From contig CAWBEU010000007.1 of the NCBI GenBank assembly GCA_963787975.1, positions 429,926 to 493,925 of the forward strand: a DNA stretch of 64,000 nt. The letters are read 5' to 3'. The translations under genes were made by a program, and so were the position numbers. The stretch is from an uncultured Thermoplasmata archaeon (GTDB lineage: Archaea; Thermoplasmatota; Thermoplasmata; Lutacidiplasmatales; UBA184). Under the pieces are notes generated by a model, which worked only from the letters and a program-made list of their open reading frames with translations, was not told where the DNA came from and made no database searches. This document shows, in pieces, positions 19,466 to 28,173 of the stretch; positions within the stretch are counted from its first letter, which is position 1, and every line of letters starts with the position of its first letter.

Positions 19466-20512
19466 ATGGCCGGCGCAGGCAATCTCCCACCGGGAGCCCT
19501 GTCGGTCCCGGGGGACATGGCCGCTGCCGTCGAGGCCGCGGTCCATCGCAAGGCCTCCCGGCGAGACCAATGGGCGACGCTCTACGCCGTGCTCAAGGCC
19601 AACCCGCTGACGCTCATCGGGTTCGTTCTCGTCGCGATCATCTGTGGGACCGGCCTGGTGGTGTACCTGGTGCCGTTGGTCACCGGACTGCTGGGTCACT
19701 CGGTGAGCGTCCTCCCGTACTCGATCGTCATCCCGTCGGGCGCGAAGTACCTGCCCCCATCGCTGGCGCATCCGTTCGGGACCGATGCCGCCGGCCGGGA
19801 CATCTTCTCCCGGGTCCTCGCCGCGGTTCCCGTCGACTTGAGCATCGGGCTGAGCATCACCCTCTTCTCCCTCGCCGTCGGCGGCGTGCTCGGACTCATC
19901 GCGGGATTCTGGGACACCCCGGGGACGCTGGGGGGACTGACCTCGACGGTCATCCTCCGGGTCACCGACATCTTCCTCGCCTTCCCGAGCTTGGTGCTCG
20001 CCCTCGCGATCGCCGAGGTGCTGGGGCGTGGCTTCACGGTGGCCCTGTTCGCGATCGCCGCGACGTGGTGGCCGTTCTACGTCCGCCTCGTCCGAGGGGA
20101 GGTGCTCGCGGTCAAGGGAGCGCCGTACATCGTCGCGGCCAAGGCCGCAGGACTCTCGGACGGCAGGATCCTCTCCCGGCACATCATACGGAACATCGCA
20201 GAGCCGCTCGTCGTCTACTACACCCTCGATGTCGGTAGCGTTCTGATCACCTTCTCGACCATCACCTTCCTTGGTATCGGGCTCCCCCCCGGTACCGCGG
20301 AATGGGGATCGATGATCTCGGCGTATCAGTCCGACCTGGCTTTCGACGCGTGGCCGACCCTCTTCACGGGCCTCGCCGTCTTCGTGACCGTCCTCGCGTT
20401 CAGCCTGCTCGGAGATGGTCTCCGAGATATCCTGGACCCCCGGAGCCGCCGCGCCTTGGCCGTCACCTCCGCCTCTGCCGGAGAACTCGGCCCGAGTAGC
20501 ACGACCAGCTGA
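19466..20512 (+). CDS. ABC transporter permease, DppC/OppC-like
   Basis: 348 aa, paralogous to 43009..44034. Contains the conserved PYIVAAKAAGLSDGRILSRHIIRN region. Confidence 0.8.
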   Translation: MAGAGNLPPGALSVPGDMAAAVEAAVHRKASRRDQWATLYAVLKANPLTLIGFVLVAIICGTGLVVYLVPLVTGLLGHSVSVLPYSIVIPSGAKYLPPSLAHPFGTDAAGRDIFSRVLAAVPVDLSIGLSITLFSLAVGGVLGLIAGFWDTPGTLGGLTSTVILRVTDIFLAFPSLVLALAIAEVLGRGFTVALFAIAATWWPFYVRLVRGEVLAVKGAPYIVAAKAAGLSDGRILSRHIIRNIAEPLVVYYTLDVGSVLITFSTITFLGIGLPPGTAEWGSMISAYQSDLAFDAWPTLFTGLAVFVTVLAFSLLGDGLRDILDPRSRRALAVTSASAGELGPSSTTS

Positions 20513-20539
20513 CGCCGGCCGCGACCGCCGGGCGAGCGT

Positions 20540-21745
20540 CTACCGTCTCTTGGGCTTCCCCGCAGGCCCGGGTGCAGCGGCCTTCCCCGCGAGGAGTTCC
20601 TCGTGGATCGCCACGCCTCGTTCGGCGAGCAACGGGATAAAGGGGGTGGGGTCGAGCGTCTCGGGCGAGTGCATTCCCGGCGCCCGGACCTGTCCGGTCG
20701 CGAGCAGCAACGCCCCTACCGCGCCCCCGGTGCCCGTGAGGTAGGCTGTGCCCGTGGCCCCGTACTTGCGCGCCGCCTCGGGGTGACTGATCAGGGTCGA
20801 TAGCCGCAGACGGCGCGCGGCGCCGTCCTTCAGGCCGTCGACCTCGACGACGAGTGCCGCCGAGCCCTCCACCTTGCCGGTGAGGTCGGCGGGCTTGGGA
20901 ATGACGTTGAGGATGGCCTTCCGGGCCGCCACGCGGTCCGGCCGGTCGTTCCCGAAGATCTGGAGGTCCTGGAAGGTCTGGAGGATCCGGACCGTCCGGT
21001 CGTCGAGGGCGAGTTTGAAGTCGACGTACTGGACCCCCTTCCCGATGAATCGGGGGAGGGTGTCGACTTCCTCGTGGTCGACCTCGTAGACGGGCTGGGG
21101 TCCGACCGGCGACGGAAAGGAGTACTGCTCGAACCCCCCGAACGGGGGGACCGGGGTATAGGCACCGTTCTTCCAGATACGCGAGGAGTTGAGGGTCTCG
21201 CCGATGAACGTCTCCGGGCTGAAGAGGCAGATGAACGGAAACTCTGGACTCGAGGCGGTGTCCCCGTCGCGGATCCGGATGGCATCGACCGAGTCCATCT
21301 GGTCGGCCCCGTAACGAGCGAACACGTTGCTCAGGCCGGGATCCTCTCCCATGCCGATGATCGCGGGCACGCCGGCGGCTTTCCACTTGCCGTCGTCCAC
21401 GAACGGGTCGCTGGACGCGGAGGCCAGGTCGACGTAGGCGACCCGGCCTTCCCGCGCTGCCGCCATGAGGATATTGTTGAACCGGGGGATCGTCGCGTTG
21501 ACGAGGACGTCCGCGTCCTTGACGAACGCAGCCACGGCAGCGGCGTCTCCGGCATCGAGGCCGACGCCCTTGGCCCGGGATCCTGGCAAGCCGGCCGCGA
21601 CGCTCTGAGCGAGGGGAGCGTCCAAATCGGCGAGCACCAGTTCCCGGATGGCCGAACTCGCGACGAGATGGCGGGCGATGACCTGCCCGACCGCTCCGCA
21701 ACCGACCTGGACTACCTTGGCGCCCTTGGTGGGAATACTACCGAA
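20540..21745 (-). CDS. Saccharopine dehydrogenase-like NAD(P)-binding oxidoreductase; start codon unresolved
   Basis: Body is ORF 20540..21637. Upstream in frame the Rossmann segment IPTKGAKVVQVGCGAVGQVIARHL is encoded with no ATG/GTG/TTG before an in-frame TAA, so the start may be an ATT or masked by an error. Confidence 0.65.
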   Translation of the reverse strand, partial: FGSIPTKGAKVVQVGCGAVGQVIARHLVASSAIRELVLADLDAPLAQSVAAGLPGSRAKGVGLDAGDAAAVAAFVKDADVLVNATIPRFNNILMAAAREGRVAYVDLASASSDPFVDDGKWKAAGVPAIIGMGEDPGLSNVFARYGADQMDSVDAIRIRDGDTASSPEFPFICLFSPETFIGETLNSSRIWKNGAYTPVPPFGGFEQYSFPSPVGPQPVYEVDHEEVDTLPRFIGKGVQYVDFKLALDDRTVRILQTFQDLQIFGNDRPDRVAARKAILNVIPKPADLTGKVEGSAALVVEVDGLKDGAARRLRLSTLISHPEAARKYGATGTAYLTGTGGAVGALLLATGQVRAPGMHSPETLDPTPFIPLLAERGVAIHEELLAGKAAAPGPAGKPKRR

Positions 21746-21786
21746 CCCCCGCGCGCCGGGGGCCCGCCCGGCCCTTTAACCTATCG

Positions 21787-21816
21787 CCCCCCGAGGGGGG
21801 CTCCCCCGCCCGGGGG
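21787..21816. terminator. GC hairpin ccccccgagggggg followed by ctcccccgcccggggg, at the 3' end of the substrate-binding-protein gene
   Basis: Perfect C6/G6 dyad seen in the sequence. A similar CCCGAGGGGGCT motif recurs at 45124..45140. Confidence 0.3.
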
Positions 21817-21836
21817 AAGTGCCCCGGCGAGGTGGA

Positions 21837-23750
21837 TCAAGTGGCGTACTCGGTGTTGCACTCGAGGTTCCATGCCGGCAGGCAGCTCCCGATCGGGTTC
21901 GGGACGGTGCCCTGCACATTGCTGTTGTACACGGCAAAGAGCGTGGGAACATTGAACCAGACATCGGTGTAGTTCTGGTACATCGTCTGGGTCATCAGGG
22001 CGTAGTCCTGCAAGAACTTCGCCTGGTTGTGCTCCCCGGCCGCCTGGATCGCGAGATTGTCCATGGTCCCGTTGGAATAGCCGCCCATGCAGATGTTCGC
22101 CGACCCGTACGTCCAGACGTTGTTCAGGGTCCAGTCGTCCGGCGCGACCCAGTCCGAGGAGTAGAACTCCATTCCGATCTCGAACGGGCCCCCGTTGAGA
22201 TGTTCCTGGGCGATGCACTGGCCGGTGGTCAGGTCGAATCCCTCGAGGGAGTAGTACGTCGGAAGGTCCAGCGGGACGGGATTGATGTAGATCCCGATCG
22301 AGGACAGGTTCTGCTGAACGAAGGTCATCGCGGTGTCCCAGTCCGGACTCGGGCCCACGTAGACGAACGGCAACGGATTGTTCGCCGTGTTGAAGCCATG
22401 GGGCCACGGAGACTGGGACATCAGCTGCTTCGCCAGTGTCGGGTCAAAGGTGTAGGGAGTCAGATTACCGGGGTCGTACCCGGGATACCCTGGTGGCACG
22501 GGGCCGACCCATTGGGAGGCGAAGTCGCCGAACGCCACGTTGTCGATGTAGGAGATGTTGATGGCGTGGGCTATCGCGTCCCGGACCGTCAGATTGTTGA
22601 ACGGGGCGTAGGTCTGGTTCATGTAGATCCACCAGCCGCCGTTCGCGACGGAGTAGGAGAGCGACAGCGGATCGACGGTCAGGCACTTATCGCCCTTGAG
22701 CGCGGTGATCGTCCCCGGGCCGAGGAAGGCGAACGAGGCCCCGGCGGACGCCCCGCTCCGGAGGTTCTGGATGTTGATCGAGGGGTCCTCCTGGAAGCTG
22801 ATGACGAACGAATCCTTGGCGGGTTGCAGGTTGTTGTTCCACGGCTGTGTCGCGGCGGGAGACGGGGTACCTTGGGCCGCCCAGTAGTTGGGGTCGGGCT
22901 TGAACGAGATGCTGTTGCCCGGGCTCCACAGGTCGAGGAGGTACGGCCCCGTGCCGACCATGTTGTTCTGGAGCCAGGTGTTGACGGCCTCGGTAACGCC
23001 CCCATGGGCGTCGATGACCGCCGGGTCCACGGCGTCGCCGCCTACGGAGGACATCTCGGCGAGCAGGTACGTGTACGGGATGGGCTGGGTGTAGTTGTTG
23101 TCGATGTAGCCGTTCCCGACGTTCAGCTGGATCTCGTACGGGCTGATCACACGGAACGACTGGTTGGCGGCCTCCATGATGGCGGTTTCATTCGCGGGTC
23201 CCAGGCTCGTGTCGAAGAAATTGAAGTTGTTGAGGTCCCAGAGGAGGCTCTGCTCCGCCTGCGCCGTGTAGGTCGTGTTGGGGTTGTTGTACCAGTCGTT
23301 CGGCAGCCAGAAGTTCTCGCTCAGGAGATACTGGTCCGAGCCGTACATGGCGAGCGTTCGATAGAGCGAGTACCACATCACGTAGGCATTGAACGGGTCC
23401 CCGTTCGAGAAGTGGACGGTCGGCCAGAGGGTGAAGTTCCAGTGCAAGCCGTCGGAGGAATTCGTCCAGTTCTTGGCAAGCTGTCCGTCGAACTGGGTGT
23501 CACTCGACTGGTTGTAGATGATGAGGGCCTGGTAGACCTGCTGCACGGCTCCCCAATCAGGGGTCGAGTAGGCCCACTCCGGATCGAGGGTATGCACCTG
23601 CTCGGCCTGGTCGAAGATCAGGGGGTTCGTGCTTTGGAGGTTGCACCCCGTTGACGCCGAGGTCGAGTAGTAGGCGTAGACGCCGTAGGCCGAGGCCACG
23701 GTCATCAACGCTACGACGACTGCGGAAATTCGGAGCGACTTTGGTTCCAT
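21837..23750 (-). CDS. ABC transporter substrate-binding protein, family 5 (peptide/nickel), membrane-anchored
   Basis: 637 aa. N-terminal anchor MEPKSLRISAVVVALMTVASAYGVYAYY followed by ASTGC (possible lipobox-like Cys). Unusually dense in N-x-S/T sequons. Confidence 0.8.
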   Translation of the reverse strand: MEPKSLRISAVVVALMTVASAYGVYAYYSTSASTGCNLQSTNPLIFDQAEQVHTLDPEWAYSTPDWGAVQQVYQALIIYNQSSDTQFDGQLAKNWTNSSDGLHWNFTLWPTVHFSNGDPFNAYVMWYSLYRTLAMYGSDQYLLSENFWLPNDWYNNPNTTYTAQAEQSLLWDLNNFNFFDTSLGPANETAIMEAANQSFRVISPYEIQLNVGNGYIDNNYTQPIPYTYLLAEMSSVGGDAVDPAVIDAHGGVTEAVNTWLQNNMVGTGPYLLDLWSPGNSISFKPDPNYWAAQGTPSPAATQPWNNNLQPAKDSFVISFQEDPSINIQNLRSGASAGASFAFLGPGTITALKGDKCLTVDPLSLSYSVANGGWWIYMNQTYAPFNNLTVRDAIAHAINISYIDNVAFGDFASQWVGPVPPGYPGYDPGNLTPYTFDPTLAKQLMSQSPWPHGFNTANNPLPFVYVGPSPDWDTAMTFVQQNLSSIGIYINPVPLDLPTYYSLEGFDLTTGQCIAQEHLNGGPFEIGMEFYSSDWVAPDDWTLNNVWTYGSANICMGGYSNGTMDNLAIQAAGEHNQAKFLQDYALMTQTMYQNYTDVWFNVPTLFAVYNSNVQGTVPNPIGSCLPAWNLECNTEYAT

Positions 23751-23849
23751 GGGTTCGAACCAGTCCGGGCGCTGGTTTTCGCCCTATCCTCCCCCCCCTG
23801 ATATAGCCTCGCTCGCGGGGAAACCGAGGTCGTTTCCGGCCGCGGATTC

Positions 23850-25436
23850 TATACGGGTGCAGAGAGTTGCGCCGGCGCGCTGCCGCCGCTCCGGGCTGCG
23901 TTCCAATCCGCCAGGATGATCTGGGCCGCGTTGTGGCCCGGAGCGCCCAAGACCCCGCCCCCTGGATGGGTAGCGCAACCGCACAGGTAGAGCCCCGGAA
24001 GGGGGGTACGGGTACGAGGTCCAGCCCGGGACCGGCCGGAAGGAGAACAGCTGGTCCGGCGTGATGTCGCCCTGGTCGATGTTCCCCCCGGTCATCCCCA
24101 GGAGGTTCTCGATGTCCTGCGGGGTCACGACCTGCCAGTGCAGGACGGTTTGCCGGATGTCTGGCGCGTACTCCTCGATCGTATCGAGCACGGTCTCGGC
24201 CACGTGGGACCGGGCGTCATTCCAGTCCATTCCCCGAAGCTCCGTGGGCGCATACTCCACGAAGCACGTCATCGTGTGCTTGCCCGGGGGCGCGACGGAC
24301 GGGTCCAGGATGCTCTGGTGGTAGATGTCGATGTACGGCCGGTGAGAGAAGCGTCCATACTTCGCGTCATCGTAGGCCCGCTCGAGGTAGTCCATCGACG
24401 GGGCGATGTCGAGCGCCCCCGCCAGGCGCGAGGGGTCGGCGGCGGCCCGATAGTGCGGGAGCCGGTCCAACGCCGCGTTGAACTTGAGGCAGGCCCCCTC
24501 GTTCCGGATCTTCTTCACCCGGAGACGGAATCCCAGGTCCACGGCATCTTCTGGTAGCAGTCGAAAGAAGGTCTGCTTGAGGTCGAGGGAGGAGACGATG
24601 ATCGGCGCCCGATGGACCTCCCCGGTCTCCGTCTCGACCCCGACGGCCCGACCCGCCTCGACCAGGATCCGCCGCACGCCGGCGCCGGTCCGGATCTGCG
24701 CGCCGTAGTGCGTCGCGGCTCGGGCCATCGACTGCGTGATGTTCCCCATGCCCCCCTCGGCGATCCCCCAGATCCGGCGGTGACCTTCCAGGATCCCCAC
24801 GCTGTTGTGGGCGAGGATGTAGGCCGTGCCCGGCGTCCTCGGGCCCGCCAAGGTCCCGATGATCGACCCGGAGGCGAGGACGCCCTTGAGCTCCTCCGAC
24901 TCGAACCAGCCGTCCAACAGGTCGGCGGCGCTCTGGAGAAACAGGTCCTTGAGCACCTGCTGGGGGTCGCTCCCCGTCCAGTGGCTCAGCATCTCTCCGA
25001 GCGGCACCGGAGGGGCGAGGAGGATCGGCTCGATCTGGTCCATGATACCGTCCCACCAGGCGAGGTACTTGGGATAGGCCTCGGCGTCCTTCTTCGAGAA
25101 CCGGGCGATCTCCTTCTCGGTCTTCTCCTCGTTCACCCAGAAGGTCAGCGAACGGCCGTCGGGGAATGGCGCGAACCCCTGCGGGTCGCACAAGATCGGC
25201 CGGTAGCCGAACCGCTTGAGCTCGAGCTCCTCAACGATCTTCGGCCGCAGCAGTCCCGCGGCATACCCGAAGGTGCTGAGGCGGTAGCCCGGCCACGGCT
25301 CCTCCGTGACGGAGGCGCCCCCGACGATTCCGCGCTTCTCGAGGACCAGCACGCGCGCGCCGGCCCGGGAAAGGTAGCCTGCCGTGACGAGGCCGTTGTG
25401 CCCCGCGCCGACCACGATCGCGTCGAACTCGGCCAT
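23850..25436 (-). CDS. PYROXD2/CrtI-like FAD-dependent (amine-oxidase fold) oxidoreductase, paralog 1; +1 frameshift near 23990-24000
   Basis: [16 protein letters not shown] Rossmann start. The frame breaks at GWTSY|[30 protein letters not shown]: an extra C in taccc-g shifts the conserved C-terminus into another frame, with stop near 23850. Confidence 0.75.
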
Positions 25437-25484
25437 CGCTCGACTCCCTGTCCTCCGGGGGTTCCCTCTCGGCGGATCCCCGTT

Positions 25485-26663
25485 CTACTCGTGCGGCTCG
25501 CCGACGAGACCCATCTGGCGGAGGTAGTACTGGTCGATGGCGTGGACGGTGTCTTCTTCGGTGCTGTACCGGCCCTGGTCGTAGGCGATGGTCTTCGACC
25601 CGAGGTGGGCCATCTCGCAGATGTGCCAGTCCTGGCGGTTCGTCGTCTCCCAGAAATCCATCGCGTCCGCGGCCGGGTCCGGCTCGTCTCGGTCGACATA
25701 CAGGTCGAAGATCAACCGGGTGCGCTCGGGGCCCATCGGCTGGAACCAGTCCATCGTGACATAGTCCGTTGAGAAAGCTATGAAATTGGCCGGGAACAGC
25801 ACGTAGTAGTAGACCCGGCGCAGGTCCTCGGCGGAGAGCGCCGGGAACCTCTTCCGGTCACTCTTCCCGTTGGCCGTGAGGGTCTCGGCGCCCTCGACCA
25901 TGTCCATCCAGCCGCCGAAGATCGGGCCTCGATGGATGTCCTCCTCGCCAGAAGTGTAGGGAGTGATCTTCACCAGTTGAGGGTGGACCCCCGGGCAGTG
26001 GTAACACTCGTTGGCGTTCTGGAGGACGAGTTTCCAGTTCGCGTTAATGTCGTAGACGACGCGGTGGGCCCGACGGAGCCGCTCGAGGGGGAACGGACGC
26101 GCGCGCTCGACGAGGGCGCCCAGATGGTCGGAAAGTGGAGCCGGGGTCGGGTCGAGGTTCACCCAGAGGAAACCGCGCCAGGTCTCGAGGGCCACCGGGT
26201 GGAGCCCATAATCGCGCTTGTCGAAGTTCTCGACACCGGTCATGTGCGGGGCTCCGCGTAACTGGCCCGCGAGGTCGTACGTCCAGGCGTGGTACGGACA
26301 CTGGATATTCGAGAGACCGGTTCCGAGATTCTCCTCCACGAGCCGGGTTCCCCGGTGCCGGCACACGTTATGGAAAGCGCGAAGGAAGCCCTCCTTGTCG
26401 CGCACGATCAGCACGCCCGACCCGCCGACCTCGACGGTCAGGAAGCCGCCCGCTCCCGACACCTCGTCCTCCCGGCCGACACAGGTCCAGGTGCGATGGA
26501 ACATCCGACGGAGTTCCTCCGCGTAGAGCGTAGGGTCGGAGAACATCCAGCCGGGCAGCGTGGCCGCCTCCTTGAACGGCCGGTCGACCGCCCGGAGGGC
26601 AGCGGATGTGGGGCGGTCCCGCCCCGGGGGACTGGGGACCGAGGGTCGGGCCGCGGTGCTCAT
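25485..26663 (-). CDS. Rieske [2Fe-2S] non-heme-iron aromatic-ring-hydroxylating oxygenase, alpha subunit
   Basis: CRHRGTRLV...CPYHAWTY is the Rieske CxH-(15-17)-CxxH motif. The C-terminal catalytic domain carries the mononuclear-iron ligands (NECYHCPGVH). Confidence 0.8.
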   Translation of the reverse strand: MSTAARPSVPSPPGRDRPTSAALRAVDRPFKEAATLPGWMFSDPTLYAEELRRMFHRTWTCVGREDEVSGAGGFLTVEVGGSGVLIVRDKEGFLRAFHNVCRHRGTRLVEENLGTGLSNIQCPYHAWTYDLAGQLRGAPHMTGVENFDKRDYGLHPVALETWRGFLWVNLDPTPAPLSDHLGALVERARPFPLERLRRAHRVVYDINANWKLVLQNANECYHCPGVHPQLVKITPYTSGEEDIHRGPIFGGWMDMVEGAETLTANGKSDRKRFPALSAEDLRRVYYYVLFPANFIAFSTDYVTMDWFQPMGPERTRLIFDLYVDRDEPDPAADAMDFWETTNRQDWHICEMAHLGSKTIAYDQGRYSTEEDTVHAIDQYYLRQMGLVGEPHE

Positions 26664-26672
26664 TCGACCTCC

Positions 26673-27905
26673 CTAGGGGGTGTGGCGCCCCATCTGGTCC
26701 TGATAGTACGCGTCGAAATCCCACACAAGTGTCTCCTGCTCGCTGTACCGGCCCCCGTGCCAGTTCCGGCTCTGAGTGCCCTTCTGTGCGAGCTCGCACA
26801 CGTGCCAGTCCTGTCGATTGATGATGTCCCAGAGCCCGACGGCGTCGCTGGGGTCGAAGTCCGGTTTCGCCATCACGGCGGGGTCGAAGTAGAACTCGTT
26901 CTCGACCCGCGTTCGACCGGGCGAGATCGGCCAGCCTTTGTGCACCATCAGGTAGTCGGGGTGCAGGCTGAAGAACGTGTTCGGCCAGAGAACGTAGTAG
27001 TAGATCCGCTTCCGGTCCTCCTCGGTCATGCCGGGGAGCGGCGGCCGGCGGGTATAGCCGGTCATCGTCATCGACGTGTAGTCGCCCGCGAAGGTCTGGT
27101 ACCCGCCGGAGAACTGTCCCTTCCCCTCCGTGAAGAACGCGTCATTGTCCCCCGTCATGTACGGGGTGATCCGGTTCAGCTCCGGGTGGATCGGCGCGCA
27201 GTGGTAACATTCCGAGTAATTCTCGACGAGAAGCTTCCAGTTCGCCTCGATCGTGTAGGTGTGCGTTGGGCCGGCGCGGAGTTGGGCGAGCGGAAAACGG
27301 GCGACGCGGTCGAGGAAGGGGCCGAGCTGGTCTGTGAGGGACCCGCCGTTCGGGTCGAGGTTCACCCAGAGAAATCCGGCGGCGCTCTCGACGCGGACCG
27401 GGAACAGTCCGTTGTCCTCCTTCCGGAACCCCTGAACGGCTTGCATGTGCCCGGCGCCGTTGAGGCGCCCGTCGAGGCCGTACGTCCACGCGTGGTACGG
27501 GCAGACGATGGACCGGAGTCCCGAGCCGCAGGGTTCCTCGAGAAGCTGGGTCCCCCGATGCCGGCAGACGTTCTGGAATCCTCGGACCTGCCCCTCCTTG
27601 TCCCGGAGGAGCATGATGGCCTCCGTCCCGATGGTCCGGGTCAGGTAGTCGCCGGTCTTCGGGATCTGCTCCTCGCGGCCGACGAGGAGCCAGTTTCGAT
27701 AGTAGAACCGGTTGAGTTCGGTTCGGAACACGGCCTCATCCCAGTAGACGTGGCCATCCGGGGTCGTACCGGAAAGGTGTCCCGTCGGGTCGCCCGGGTG
27801 CACCCCCTTCCGTCCGTTCGCGAGCGCCGACATTGTCCCAACAGGACCGGCCCGCGCATAAAAACTTGGCGCCAGAGCGGGTATAGACCCCGTATTTCGA
27901 TACAC
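26673..27905 (-). CDS. Rieske non-heme-iron oxygenase alpha subunit (second tandem paralog)
   Basis: CRHRGTQLL...CPYHAWTY Rieske motif. Catalytic region SECYHCAPIHPEL. First gene of the pair downstream of an AT-rich promoter island. Confidence 0.8.
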   Translation of the reverse strand: MYRNTGSIPALAPSFYARAGPVGTMSALANGRKGVHPGDPTGHLSGTTPDGHVYWDEAVFRTELNRFYYRNWLLVGREEQIPKTGDYLTRTIGTEAIMLLRDKEGQVRGFQNVCRHRGTQLLEEPCGSGLRSIVCPYHAWTYGLDGRLNGAGHMQAVQGFRKEDNGLFPVRVESAAGFLWVNLDPNGGSLTDQLGPFLDRVARFPLAQLRAGPTHTYTIEANWKLLVENYSECYHCAPIHPELNRITPYMTGDNDAFFTEGKGQFSGGYQTFAGDYTSMTMTGYTRRPPLPGMTEEDRKRIYYYVLWPNTFFSLHPDYLMVHKGWPISPGRTRVENEFYFDPAVMAKPDFDPSDAVGLWDIINRQDWHVCELAQKGTQSRNWHGGRYSEQETLVWDFDAYYQDQMGRHTP

Positions 27906-27999
27906 TTAGGCGCTCTATCCTTTGGATTGAACCCGCAAGCCTCAGTGCAGTACCGGGCTGCTGTTAGCCTACCTCGGGGGTTCTATTGCCTATGTCACG

Positions 28000-28135
28000 T
28001 ATGAGCGGTAAATAGACCATTTTAGATGCGAAAAATAGCGATTATGTACTGAAATATTCCGTTTCGGACAGAAACCGGAACCGGAACTGTTCCGAAGGTG
28101 ACCGATTTGGAACGGATTCGCGGACGGAAATCGCC
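28000..28135. promoter_or_regulatory. AT-rich island with clustered GGAAC/GTTCC and CGATTT/AAATCG dyad elements upstream of the Rieske oxygenase pair
   Basis: ggaactgttcc is a perfect palindrome. ttccgtttcgg...gaaaccggaaccggaac and cgatttggaacggattcgcggacggaaatcg show dyad symmetry. Local GC drops sharply relative to the window. Confidence 0.4.
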
Positions 28136-28173
28136 GGCCCGCCGCCGGACCACGACGGCTGAGGTCGGTTCGC

